Source: a virus | Lineage: Duplodnaviria; Caudoviricetes | Reading direction: 5' to 3' (one strand) | Virus record (IMG/VR): IMGVR_UViG_3300018068_000001 | Location: 1 to 35,379 of that record | DNA length: 35,379 nt | Shown here: in pieces, positions 1-8,221 of the stretch | Numbering within the stretch: the first letter of the stretch is position 1 | How the letters are laid out: the number at the start of each line of letters is the position of its first letter | Translations under genes and position numbers: made by a program | The notes under the pieces: model-generated | The model's input: the letters and a program-made list of their open reading frames with translations, nothing else | Told to the model about the DNA's origin: nothing | The model's database searches: none

Positions 1-60
1 ACCTGATATCCGCCATGGCATGATCTAATCTATCTATTTGCTTTTTTTGTTGAAGCCAAT
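1..60. repeat. Terminal direct repeat (circular assembly overlap), copy 1
   Basis: Identical to 35320-35379; the TnpB reading frame runs across the junction without a break. Confidence 0.97.
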
Positions 61-832
61 GTCCTGATTTTTTTTCAAACTTTTTACTGCCGATTTTACG
101 AGAAAGTCTTGTTTGAAGTATAGTTTTACGATCTTCTAATTTTTTTAATTTATCAGTATCTAATTGATAACCAGTTCCATCGGATAATGCTACAGTCTTG
201 ACTATCCCACGATTTATACCTACTGCCGGTAATGCTCTAATAGTGACATCTATGGTTTTTTCAACTAATATACAGACATACCAATATTCTCTTTCGTGTA
301 CTATAGATAGACTTATTATCTTATCCGCTGGATGCTCTAAATATGGCCTATCTATATCAATTCGGATCAGTGCTTCAATTTTTGGTAATTTCAAGTAATG
401 CCTACCCTGATCGTCCATATCTATACGAAAAATAGATTTAGGGAAATACAGTCTATGCAAATCACCTCTGTGTTTTTTTCTAGGATAACCTGGAGTTTCC
501 CCCTTCTTGACTCTTTTAAAAAAATTCGAAAAAGCTTTATCCAAATCTCTCAGAACTTCCTGCTGGGTACAACAGGGAAGAGCATTTAACCACTCATAAC
601 GTGCCCGTAAGATTGTCAGACGTTTAGCAGTACCTACTGTATTAATGCCATCTGGATGTTTAGTTCCAAAGTAACCCATAGATAATTTATACCGCTTGTA
701 TAAGCCACTCTTCAACCGCAGAGAACGATTCCATAGATACCTACATGCACATGACCACTGATATAGAGTACTGGCACATGTAGGTGATATCCTCAAGGGG
801 TACTTGTAAACTGTGGTGATCTGCTTTTCCAT
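1..832 (-). CDS. tnpB: TnpB-family RNA-guided protein, N-terminal part (405 aa in total across the origin); RuvC-I D->N, predicted nuclease-dead
   Basis: Manual translation from ATG at 832: MEKQITTVYKYPLRIS...CRYLWN...QQEVLRDLDKAFSNFFKRVKKGETPGYPRKK...LKLPKI...WYVCILVE...AVGINRGIVKTVALSDG. It is in frame with the 34934..35335 ORF. Absent from the ORF track because it crosses the window end. Confidence 0.93.
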   Translation of the reverse strand, partial: MEKQITTVYKYPLRISPTCASTLYQWSCACRYLWNRSLRLKSGLYKRYKLSMGYFGTKHPDGINTVGTAKRLTILRARYEWLNALPCCTQQEVLRDLDKAFSNFFKRVKKGETPGYPRKKHRGDLHRLYFPKSIFRIDMDDQGRHYLKLPKIEALIRIDIDRPYLEHPADKIISLSIVHEREYWYVCILVEKTIDVTIRALPAVGINRGIVKTVALSDGTGYQLDTDKLKKLEDRKTILQTRLSRKIGSKKFEKKSGHWLQQKKQIDRLDHAMADIR

Positions 833-876
833 AATTTAACCCACCGGCTACAGGTGTATATTTTAGGCTCATAATA

Positions 877-905
877 AATATACGGAATTAAATTGAGTAA
901 CACAA
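877..905 (-). promoter_or_regulatory. Putative sigma70 promoter of tnpB
   Basis: TTGTGT-17bp-TATATT on the minus strand, about 45 bp upstream of the ATG. Confidence 0.4.
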
Positions 906-1011
906 CAATTATTTTAAAAAATTATGGATAGATAATTTTATGTCACCTATTACACCTATCCATAACATAGAAATCTGAGGTTTTACAGGTCTGAGAATAT
1001 TCGGGAGGCTC

Positions 1012-1722
1012 CTATTTTTCTCTTGAAGAGGTTGATAACTTTTGTGACAGACACTTTTTTATTCTACCGAGTTGCTGCAGCAACTGATACTTTCTACGTG
1101 ATAATTTACCGCTATTTAAACCTAATCGTTTTGCAGTATGGCCTATTTTAAGACCCTCCAAGGCATCCTGTATAATAGCCAGGTCAGTGGGATCCTCAAG
1201 TACCTTTAGCTCATCCTGTGCCAGATCTATCGCTATAGGAGACTGTTCCCCCCACTTTTTGAACTTTGCATTTATAGCACCCATTTGACCATCGATCCCC
1301 TTGAGGTTTAATAGTTCTGCTATCTCTGTATAGTATAGTCGCATATTTCGACATCGAGCTAAAAGGGATTGTCGCTCGGGTAGGATTTTTATAAATTTCT
1401 CCGGGTACTTAAAATATTCCTGTCGAGATAAACTCATACCAGTATAACCATCAAGTAATTTTTGATCATTCCTACGTTGATTTAACTCTTGTAATGCTGA
1501 TGCTTCGGTACGAGCAATCAAAGCGGTTTCGAGTTCTTTTTGGGTTAATACTGGTTTCCCTGATGGATCTTCTATCAGTCCTGTAACACCATCCCAATAA
1601 GACTCGTTCAGGTCAGCATCATCAAGAGTTCGTAGTAACTGATTATTACGTTTTGCGTAATTTATTATCTTACTCTGGATCTCTGGTATAACACGTATAA
1701 GATTTTCTTGGATAAATGACAT
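1012..1722 (-). CDS. Hypothetical protein with sigma-region-4/HTH-like segments
   Basis: 236 aa with AGGAG RBS. YTEIAELLNL and EGLKIGHTAKRLGLNSGKLSRRKYQLL resemble HTH motifs. Confidence 0.6.
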   Translation of the reverse strand: MSFIQENLIRVIPEIQSKIINYAKRNNQLLRTLDDADLNESYWDGVTGLIEDPSGKPVLTQKELETALIARTEASALQELNQRRNDQKLLDGYTGMSLSRQEYFKYPEKFIKILPERQSLLARCRNMRLYYTEIAELLNLKGIDGQMGAINAKFKKWGEQSPIAIDLAQDELKVLEDPTDLAIIQDALEGLKIGHTAKRLGLNSGKLSRRKYQLLQQLGRIKKCLSQKLSTSSREK

Positions 1723-1943
1723 GCTTTCCTCTCCTTATAATCTCAATATACATCTATGATTGTACCAATAACGGGCACCATATAAGATTTATTATCTTAC
1801 TGAATCTGATTATCTGGTTAATGCATAGGAAGCCCGTAAACTGAGGATCTGTATTAGAGCCTATCGATGGATGGGTGATGGATAGATCTTCGATCCTGGA
1901 TAAGGAGAACTATGCGAGATGGGTGATCTACAAGTAGTCTCCA

Positions 1944-1983
1944 AGTAATCCACGAGTAATCCACGAGTAATCCACGAGTAATC
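1944..1983. repeat. 11-bp tandem repeat (AGTAATCCACG x3 plus a partial copy), iteron-like
   Basis: Exact copies at 1944, 1955 and 1966, then AGTAATC at 1977, in a non-coding divergent region. Confidence 0.85.
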
Positions 1984-2217
1984 TGAAGAGTGGTTAATCT
2001 AAGAGTTTATATCTCTCTTGAGAAGTGGTGGGTGACACCACATCCTCCTCGAAGTAACCAGTGAGTAATCCAACAGTAATCCTGTTGGTAATCTAAGAGT
2101 TTAATACTCTCTGGGGATTATAATCCCTATAGATTATCTATATATATAATCCGTGGGTATAATCTTTCTTTAGGAGTATGAGAACCCTTTCTTATTTAGG
2201 TAGGAAAATATTACCTA

Positions 2218-2387
2218 TTGACGGCCATAAAAATTTATTGTAATTTAATATAGAGTGATTAGAACCACTCAAAGTTTTGAAATCCCATTACCGACTTTTA
2301 AAATAATAGCCGGGTGTTTTGTAAGCTTCTGCCTGTATGTAAATGGGACAGGCAGGTGGCGGTTCTAACAAAACACCCGGCTTTTTT
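2218..2387 (+). promoter_or_regulatory. Promoter with structured leader/attenuator (element 1)
   Basis: TTGACG-17-TAATTT; 5' hairpin GAGTG/CACTC; perfect 15-bp stem 2308-2322/2368-2382 followed by a T-run and an RBS. Confidence 0.7.
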
Positions 2388-2403
2388 ATTTGAAGGAGGA
2401 ACT

Positions 2404-3120
2404 ATGCCACCAGAATTTAAGCGATCCTATCGACGGGGGTATCTTACTGATTGTAAAATCGTTGACCAGTCTATTCATTTACTTATTGGAATACCATATC
2501 CTGGCGATAAGTGGTACAACTATATTGAACGGCGCCCCAATGCCATTAGCGCAGTTTATCGAGAGATGGGAGTACATTTAACTCACAACATATTGATTGA
2601 TCATAAAAATTTATCCCAGTTCATATCCTCTCATAGATACTGTGTTTTTCGGTTATCCAAACCTGTTGATTCTGCCAATGGTAGTTATTTTTTAAAATTT
2701 ATTAATCACGAAATGATAACTGGTTATCCTATAAGTATTCCCAGGATTACATGGGAACCTGCTAAAACAGACGGAATTACTAAAACAGAGGCAATTAATT
2801 TTCTGAGCACTTCGATTTTATCTCCTATATATAAACATTTAAAAACCTTCGCATATCTGCGGGATATCCCTGATGGGTTTACTATCCCATACATAGCATT
2901 ATCTCAATCTGATATCACATTATATAAGGATATTATAACTGCTGCATTTGGTACCCATAGAATTATGGTAGCAGAGTTATATCTGCGAAATTTACTTCAC
3001 ATATCAGAGGAGGTTATCCTATCTGGTAGAGCACAAATAAATAGGCAGAAGAAAATTGAAAAAATTGATGAAGAAAGTGTTAATCAGTTAACTATATCCG
3101 AAATCGCTGAAAGTTTATAA
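2404..3120 (+). CDS. Hypothetical protein (238 aa)
   Basis: ATG at 2404 follows the GAAGGAGGA RBS; the longer 2314 start lies inside the leader hairpin. Confidence 0.75.
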   Translation: MPPEFKRSYRRGYLTDCKIVDQSIHLLIGIPYPGDKWYNYIERRPNAISAVYREMGVHLTHNILIDHKNLSQFISSHRYCVFRLSKPVDSANGSYFLKFINHEMITGYPISIPRITWEPAKTDGITKTEAINFLSTSILSPIYKHLKTFAYLRDIPDGFTIPYIALSQSDITLYKDIITAAFGTHRIMVAELYLRNLLHISEEVILSGRAQINRQKKIEKIDEESVNQLTISEIAESL

Positions 3121-3130
3121 GGAGAACACC

Positions 3131-3409
3131 ATGAAAATATTGTTAAGTTTACAAACTATCAGGGCTTGGAAACCTCTGTTAGATCAACAGATGGAGGAGA
3201 ATTATAAACAGGGTATCATAGATAATTTTTTGGAAGACGGAAGTTTATCTGAGTTTGATTATAATTATCGAGAAAATCCGGTCATAAGCCGAAAAGATTT
3301 TATACGGTTAATCAATATTAATCCCACGTATCTTGCACTCCATATTAATGAGGATTGGCCTATTAACATGTACGTTGCGGATTTATTACGAGTTATTCCA
3401 CAAATATAA
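3131..3409 (+). CDS. Hypothetical protein
   Basis: AAGGAG RBS, operonic spacing. Confidence 0.75.
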   Translation: MKILLSLQTIRAWKPLLDQQMEENYKQGIIDNFLEDGSLSEFDYNYRENPVISRKDFIRLININPTYLALHINEDWPINMYVADLLRVIPQI

Positions 3410-3422
3410 AAAGGAGAACACC

Positions 3423-3650
3423 ATGCCACGTAAATCCAAGACAGCCTACAATCGGTCTTATGCCGATCCGGGTGCAGAACCATCGACCATACCAATTGAC
3501 AAATTCAGAATTTACTTCTTAGAGGATAAAATACCACTTATCAAGTGTCAGTATATTGGTGATGTGCGGTACATTGTGCGTTTTATACAGGTGCCATATC
3601 GAGTAATGGCTCTACAACTCGATGGGACGGAGGTCAAAATTGTCACCTGA
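3423..3650 (+). CDS. Hypothetical protein
   Basis: AAGGAGAACACCATG start (the same context as 3131), reading MPRKSKTAY... Confidence 0.7.
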   Translation: MPRKSKTAYNRSYADPGAEPSTIPIDKFRIYFLEDKIPLIKCQYIGDVRYIVRFIQVPYRVMALQLDGTEVKIVT

Positions 3651-3879
3651 GAAACCTATTTGTAATCTGCAGTTGATTGAACCTCCTAATACAATATCGT
3701 CAATTAGGATTGCGGAGTGCATGGCAGCATCCCTTAGGATAGCTGAGATATATGGTCTCGCACAGGTATATCAGAGAGTATCATATGAAACAGGTATGAT
3801 AGTGCATTATACATCGGAACTGGAATACCCTATAGTATCACTAGTGACATTGTTGAGTGAGATGGGTCTTATCAAATAA
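3622..3879 (+). CDS. Hypothetical protein
   Basis: ORF continues the operon; the true start may be TTG at about 3640 after GGAGG. Confidence 0.55.
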   Translation: MGRRSKLSPEKPICNLQLIEPPNTISSIRIAECMAASLRIAEIYGLAQVYQRVSYETGMIVHYTSELEYPIVSLVTLLSEMGLIK

Positions 3880-3882
3880 TTC

Positions 3883-4028
3883 TTGCATTAGGCATCTATT
3901 GCTGGTATCTTATATGAGTCCGGTAGCACGGGAATTAAAAGAAAACTAAAAAATTTATATAATTTGGACCAACTCCCTGCGGGTACATCCACTGTACTCG
4001 GTGCTACCAGGGAGGGGGTCCATTTTTT
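3883..4028 (+). promoter_or_regulatory. Promoter with structured leader/attenuator (element 2)
   Basis: TTGCAT-17-TATCTT; stem TGGACC..CTCCCTG / CAGGGAG..GGTCCA followed by T6 and a GGAGG RBS. Confidence 0.7.
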
Positions 4029-4040
4029 ATTGGAGGGAGA

Positions 4041-4247
4041 ATGGGTATGGAAGAAACTGAAATGGAGTTTATGCTAAACCTACTGGATGAGGATATGAAG
4101 CATGCTGTTGTCATTGATGGTAAACCAGAGATATTTGTTAATGCTGAGGGTCTCCGAAGACTTGCTGCATTTTCAAAGAGGACTGATGCACCTGAGGCGA
4201 TAGAAAACTTAATTAAACTTACAGGAGAAAACAAAAATGATAAATGA
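4041..4247 (+). CDS. Small hypothetical protein
   Basis: GGAGGGAG RBS; overlaps the start of the next gene. Confidence 0.7.
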   Translation: MGMEETEMEFMLNLLDEDMKHAVVIDGKPEIFVNAEGLRRLAAFSKRTDAPEAIENLIKLTGENKNDK

Positions 4248-5001
4248 TTTAGCTCTGATCGAAAAAGATGGGGAAAAGTTTATTGACTCAAGGGTAGTAG
4301 CTAATGGGTTAGGAATTGAGCACCATAATCTTATGCAAACTATAACTAAGTATAAGTACAATATAGAACAAGGACATGGAATACTTCTGTTTAAAAAAGA
4401 AGTAGCAAAAGGAAAGGGTCAGCCTCAAAAATACATATTACTTACAAAGGACCAGCTGTTTGCTAGTGGAGTTCTTTCTAGAAATTCTCCTGAAGCGGTA
4501 GAATTTAAATTAAAAATAGTAAAAGCATTTTCTGACGCCAGGAAAATTATTAAAAACATGTGCAGTAGCCCAATAGTACCCCAGACATACGCAGATGCTC
4601 TTAGGGCGTATGCTAATGAAGTTGAGGAAAAAGAAAAACTTTCCGGTAAATTACAGATGGCAGGCAGAAAAATAGAAAGGTTATCAGATAGTGATAGGAT
4701 AGTTCAGGACCTCATCAATAGGGAAGGTTTGATATCATATAGGGATCTAGCTGGAATGTGTGGCATACCAGAGGGTAAATTCATCGAAATTTTAGAAGGG
4801 ATAATACTAAAACAAAACGGCGACGTGTACGCTAACCTCAGAAGAAATGGCGATATAAAACCAAAACTTGAAGTGGTGCATGGTTCAGCTGTTGTGGTGG
4901 ACTATTTCAGTGCTAAAGGAGCACTGAACTTTTATAAGAGATTCATTAAGAAAAATGATGATATTCAGTTAGATAGCGAGAAACTCCCGGAATTCTATTA
5001 G
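4237..5001 (+). CDS. Rha-family / antirepressor-like phage regulatory protein
   Basis: N-terminal IDSRVVANGLGIEHHNLMQTI...EFKLKIVKAF is Rha-like. VPQTYADALRAYANEVEEKEKL is a linker typical of antirepressors, followed by a KilAC-like C-terminus. Confidence 0.8.
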   Translation: MINDLALIEKDGEKFIDSRVVANGLGIEHHNLMQTITKYKYNIEQGHGILLFKKEVAKGKGQPQKYILLTKDQLFASGVLSRNSPEAVEFKLKIVKAFSDARKIIKNMCSSPIVPQTYADALRAYANEVEEKEKLSGKLQMAGRKIERLSDSDRIVQDLINREGLISYRDLAGMCGIPEGKFIEILEGIILKQNGDVYANLRRNGDIKPKLEVVHGSAVVVDYFSAKGALNFYKRFIKKNDDIQLDSEKLPEFY

Positions 5002-5008
5002 TTAAATG

Positions 5009-5039
5009 GTAGGTGGTCAGATTCGTTCTGACCACCTAC
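5009..5039. terminator. 13-bp hairpin between convergent genes
   Basis: GTAGGTGGTCAGA-ttcgt-TCTGACCACCTAC between stops at 5001 (+) and 5045 (-). Confidence 0.75.
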
Positions 5040-5044
5040 TCTCC

Positions 5045-5380
5045 TCAGAACCTCCAGGTACTGTCAGCCTTAGCTATCCAGGTCACAGTATCATAGTATG
5101 TAACCATAGTAGGTTCTGGTAGGTACTCCAGAATAGCTATATTATACGTAGCAGTTAGCTTATAATTATTTCTCACTGTGATGCTAAGACTCTCTCCTGG
5201 GTTTATATATTCAATGACTACCCCCTCACAGCTTATTGCAGCATCCGATAGTATAGTGTCAGTAGAATTACTCCTCATAGATACATGGATAGTAACCTTA
5301 TTATCATTTGATGTACCTATCGGGTTAGAGCATCCAATCAAACTTATAACTGCTACGGCTGACAATAATAACTTTAGCAT
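5045..5380 (-). CDS. Predicted lipoprotein
   Basis: Signal peptide MLKLLLSAVAVISLIG-C with a lipobox; AGGAG RBS. Confidence 0.75.
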   Translation of the reverse strand: MLKLLLSAVAVISLIGCSNPIGTSNDNKVTIHVSMRSNSTDTILSDAAISCEGVVIEYINPGESLSITVRNNYKLTATYNIAILEYLPEPTMVTYYDTVTWIAKADSTWRF

Positions 5381-5486
5381 ATAAACTCCTGGGTTAGATT
5401 GTGTGCTATTATTATACTACGATATACTCTAAAATACAATGTAATTATCACTGCTCAATCAAAATTATATATTTATCACAAATATG

Positions 5487-5515
5487 TTGCACGTTTGTAT
5501 TTAAGTGTGTATCTT
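5487..5515 (+). promoter_or_regulatory. Putative sigma70 promoter
   Basis: TTGCAC-17-TATCTT, the same -10 as at 3906. Confidence 0.5.
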
Positions 5516-5535
5516 TATATTAATAGGAGGATAAA

Positions 5536-5799
5536 ATGATATATATAAAAACAGGACCATCTACTAAAGCAGCTATCTACGGTAATCGTAGGATCCCTGA
5601 TCATGGATTATCCTCAGGGGAATCTAAGGGGTACATCACCTACTCTAATAGGGGTAGGTCATCCCAGGCAGTGCAGGTCTACATTACTGGATCTCTAACA
5701 GCAGAGCTGATCAGGTATCTGGCGGAACTTAATTCAATAACCTTTGATATGGCGGTCATCACTCACTGGATACCCTTATGCGTAAGGAGTAAAAAATGA
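5536..5799 (+). CDS. Hypothetical protein
   Basis: AGGAGG RBS. Confidence 0.75.
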   Translation: MIYIKTGPSTKAAIYGNRRIPDHGLSSGESKGYITYSNRGRSSQAVQVYITGSLTAELIRYLAELNSITFDMAVITHWIPLCVRSKK

Positions 5800-6005
5800 A
5801 TCAGGCACCATTACATTCTCAACCTTTGGAGTATTTTTATCGGGAGATAAAAAAATTGACCCCTACTCAATTTAAAAAATATTCTTCTCTTGTAAAGAAC
5901 GAATGGTTGGTACGTCAGCTCAGGTGTATACCGCTTGAGGATCTTGATACATTACTCAAACATATAATCAAAATTGAGAGAGCTGGAGGGAATGAGCATG
6001 TCTGA
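5796..6005 (+). CDS. Hypothetical protein
   Basis: AAGGAG RBS, ATGA overlap with the previous gene. Confidence 0.7.
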   Translation: MNQAPLHSQPLEYFYREIKKLTPTQFKKYSSLVKNEWLVRQLRCIPLEDLDTLLKHIIKIERAGGNEHV

Positions 6006-6318
6006 TACTACACACTCTATACGGATATCTGAAAAGAACTATCTAAAAATAAAGGACTTGAGTGCTCAGCATGGATGCTCAGTAACATTTTTATCTGACC
6101 TGGCTATGCAGACGTTCTTCAGGACTGGAATAGATATAACTGCATTACGGACATCCATGACCGATGCTTTTGATGATGCTATAACAGCATCCTTACTTGG
6201 GATAGAGAAAAAAACTGGGGAGATAGCCAGCATACTCAAAAAAGATATTGTCCCTACAAAAATTCAACTAAAAAAAGACACACTTGACTTTAATGATATA
6301 CTCGGGGAGGATCTATGA
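5992..6318 (+). CDS. Ribbon-helix-helix-like DNA-binding protein
   Basis: THSIRISEKNYLKIKDLSAQHGCSVTFLSDLAM fits the RHH pattern; GGAGGG RBS. Confidence 0.6.
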   Translation: MSMSDTTHSIRISEKNYLKIKDLSAQHGCSVTFLSDLAMQTFFRTGIDITALRTSMTDAFDDAITASLLGIEKKTGEIASILKKDIVPTKIQLKKDTLDFNDILGEDL

Positions 6319-6587
6319 TCCTAGATATACATTACCAGACTTCACAAGATGGTTGCCAGAGAGCACAGGCATGGATCGAGGAGGGTTGGTTATACTTACA
6401 TAGCTCGCTAAAAACGTCCGCCTCTAAGATCATGGATATATCTTCTATTCCAATAGAGAATGTGACAGCAGAAGTTGCTCAATGTTATTCTAACCCACTC
6501 GGGTACTGTCCCATCTTATTACGATCTGGATCTACTCTACAGATGTTAGTAACCTTATACCGGATCAAAACAGAGGATCACTCGTAG
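6315..6587 (+). CDS. Hypothetical protein
   Basis: GGAGG RBS, ATGA overlap. Confidence 0.7.
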   Translation: MILDIHYQTSQDGCQRAQAWIEEGWLYLHSSLKTSASKIMDISSIPIENVTAEVAQCYSNPLGYCPILLRSGSTLQMLVTLYRIKTEDHS

Positions 6588-6979
6588 TGTTATTATCCCA
6601 GCATTTTGCTAACAATCAGCGATGCATCTCATATAGTATGCAGGTTGCTCACATACGGTGCATAGCTGATATATATGCTATGCGTAGTAGCTTATCCACT
6701 TATGAGATGCTCACTACTGTTATGCTTGTAGATATACAGGAGTCAGGTATAATAGTGAATGCTCGTATGTCCCTTTTGCATGATCAGGATTTTGATATAA
6801 TAATAAATAAATTGAAAGATATCTATTACTACATATATTCGGTTGAACCTGATCAACTACCTCTTAAAATAAATGATCAGTCTGTACTGGGGGATATCTC
6901 TCGTGCTATGATGAGCGGGAAACTTACTATTGATCACCTGAAAGATGAATGGGGCAGTTTTATTATGCCCCATTCTTGA
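6587..6979 (+). CDS. Hypothetical protein
   Basis: GAGG RBS, coupled GTG start. Confidence 0.65.
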   Translation: MLLSQHFANNQRCISYSMQVAHIRCIADIYAMRSSLSTYEMLTTVMLVDIQESGIIVNARMSLLHDQDFDIIINKLKDIYYYIYSVEPDQLPLKINDQSVLGDISRAMMSGKLTIDHLKDEWGSFIMPHS

Positions 6980-6981
6980 TC

Positions 6982-8205
6982 TTATATCAAAGTCACACCT
7001 ATTCTAACTGCAGTCAGGGACTGATTGAGGATATAGGTTGTCCCCGTAGTATGTGGTTTGATTTGAAGCTCTATTGAAGAGCCAGCTTTAAGCTCCATGA
7101 ATCCTGATCCCATTATCTGTTGATAACCATTGTCAACATTATTAACTTGATATGATTGTAATAACAAGTATTCTGATGTGTCCGGATCATATCTACGTAC
7201 TCTTGTTTCTACTATGTCACTTCCGCCTGGTATAGCATTGGATGAAATAGATAGACTATAGTTGACCTGATAGAAACCTGCGTAGGTTGCAAATAACTTA
7301 TGTGATGCCACTGTAAAATTATATGTAAATTGCTCAAATAAATTATCTACTATCTGATACCAAGTTCCGCCAGTTAATCCTAGAGCATCTCCACTATGAT
7401 CAGACGGAGCTATGATATTCCCGCGACATAAATTAATACCCCCGCTGATCATTCCCGTGGCGTTAAGTGAGCCGTTCAATTCGAACCACCCAGCAAAGGT
7501 GTTTGTAAGTCTTGATGGTTCTTGATGTGATGCATCAACAAATATCGGTATCGATCCCGCTATCCCGGTACCACCTATTTGTGCTGGGGGAGTTAAACCT
7601 GTAGCACCCTGGATACCTTGAGCACCAGTTTGACCCTGGAGACCCTGGATGCCAGTTACTCCCTGTAGCCCCTGATTGCCCTGGATACCTGGATCTCCCT
7701 GGATACCCTGAGTACCTATTGCTCCCGTATTACCTTGACTACCTTGGATACCTGTTACTCCTGTATCACCTTGGGTACCCTGAATCCCTTGAGCCCCTGT
7801 ATCACCTTGTACTCCTGTTTGCCCTTGAATCCCCTGACTTCCCTGTAATCCTGTTATCCCATCAGGTCCTATGATAGATGCTCCTGTTTGACCCTGGGAA
7901 CCAGTTTGCCCTTGACCACCTTGTAATCCGGTTGTGCCTATAAGACCAGTGACACCCTGTATACCAGTTACTCCAGTACCTCCTGGTATCGATAGACCAG
8001 TTTCACCAGGCATACCCTGGATACCTGTCATCCCATATATCGCCATCTGATCTTCAGGAAGATACTTTTTGATGGTACCATCCGAAAATTTATGGATCAT
8101 TTTATCCGTATCACTGGCAAAACCTGATTGCTGATTCCTTAAAGCATAATATAATCCGGTTTCCCCCGTTTCAACTCGTATAACATCTGATAATATTATT
8201 GACAT
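6982..8205 (-). CDS. Collagen-like fibre protein with a C1q/TNF-like C-terminal head
   Basis: Gly-X-Y run, then a beta-rich C-terminus with AGFYQVNYSLS...MELKAGSSIELQI. Confidence 0.8.
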   Translation of the reverse strand: MSIILSDVIRVETGETGLYYALRNQQSGFASDTDKMIHKFSDGTIKKYLPEDQMAIYGMTGIQGMPGETGLSIPGGTGVTGIQGVTGLIGTTGLQGGQGQTGSQGQTGASIIGPDGITGLQGSQGIQGQTGVQGDTGAQGIQGTQGDTGVTGIQGSQGNTGAIGTQGIQGDPGIQGNQGLQGVTGIQGLQGQTGAQGIQGATGLTPPAQIGGTGIAGSIPIFVDASHQEPSRLTNTFAGWFELNGSLNATGMISGGINLCRGNIIAPSDHSGDALGLTGGTWYQIVDNLFEQFTYNFTVASHKLFATYAGFYQVNYSLSISSNAIPGGSDIVETRVRRYDPDTSEYLLLQSYQVNNVDNGYQQIMGSGFMELKAGSSIELQIKPHTTGTTYILNQSLTAVRIGVTLI

Positions 8206-8221
8206 GTTTTATATCCTTGTT

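Noticed and set aside
198-589. Two plus-strand ORFs (66 and 63 aa)
   Set aside because: Antisense shadows of the origin-spanning tnpB.
871-879. Spacer self-targeting, e.g. ATTTATTAT in the tnpB promoter and similar 8-11 nt hits near 17921, 23936, 30739 and 31649
   Set aside because: The matches are short and AT-rich, as expected by chance in 35 kb; a systematic seed-plus-TAM search is needed.
1-1011. Active IS200/IS605 or IS607 element
   Set aside because: No tnpA or serine recombinase, no recognisable right-end hairpin after the scaffold, and RuvC-I is mutated.
1944-2112. Second CRISPR array
   Set aside because: Units are 11-bp head-to-tail repeats or scattered motifs with no spacers.
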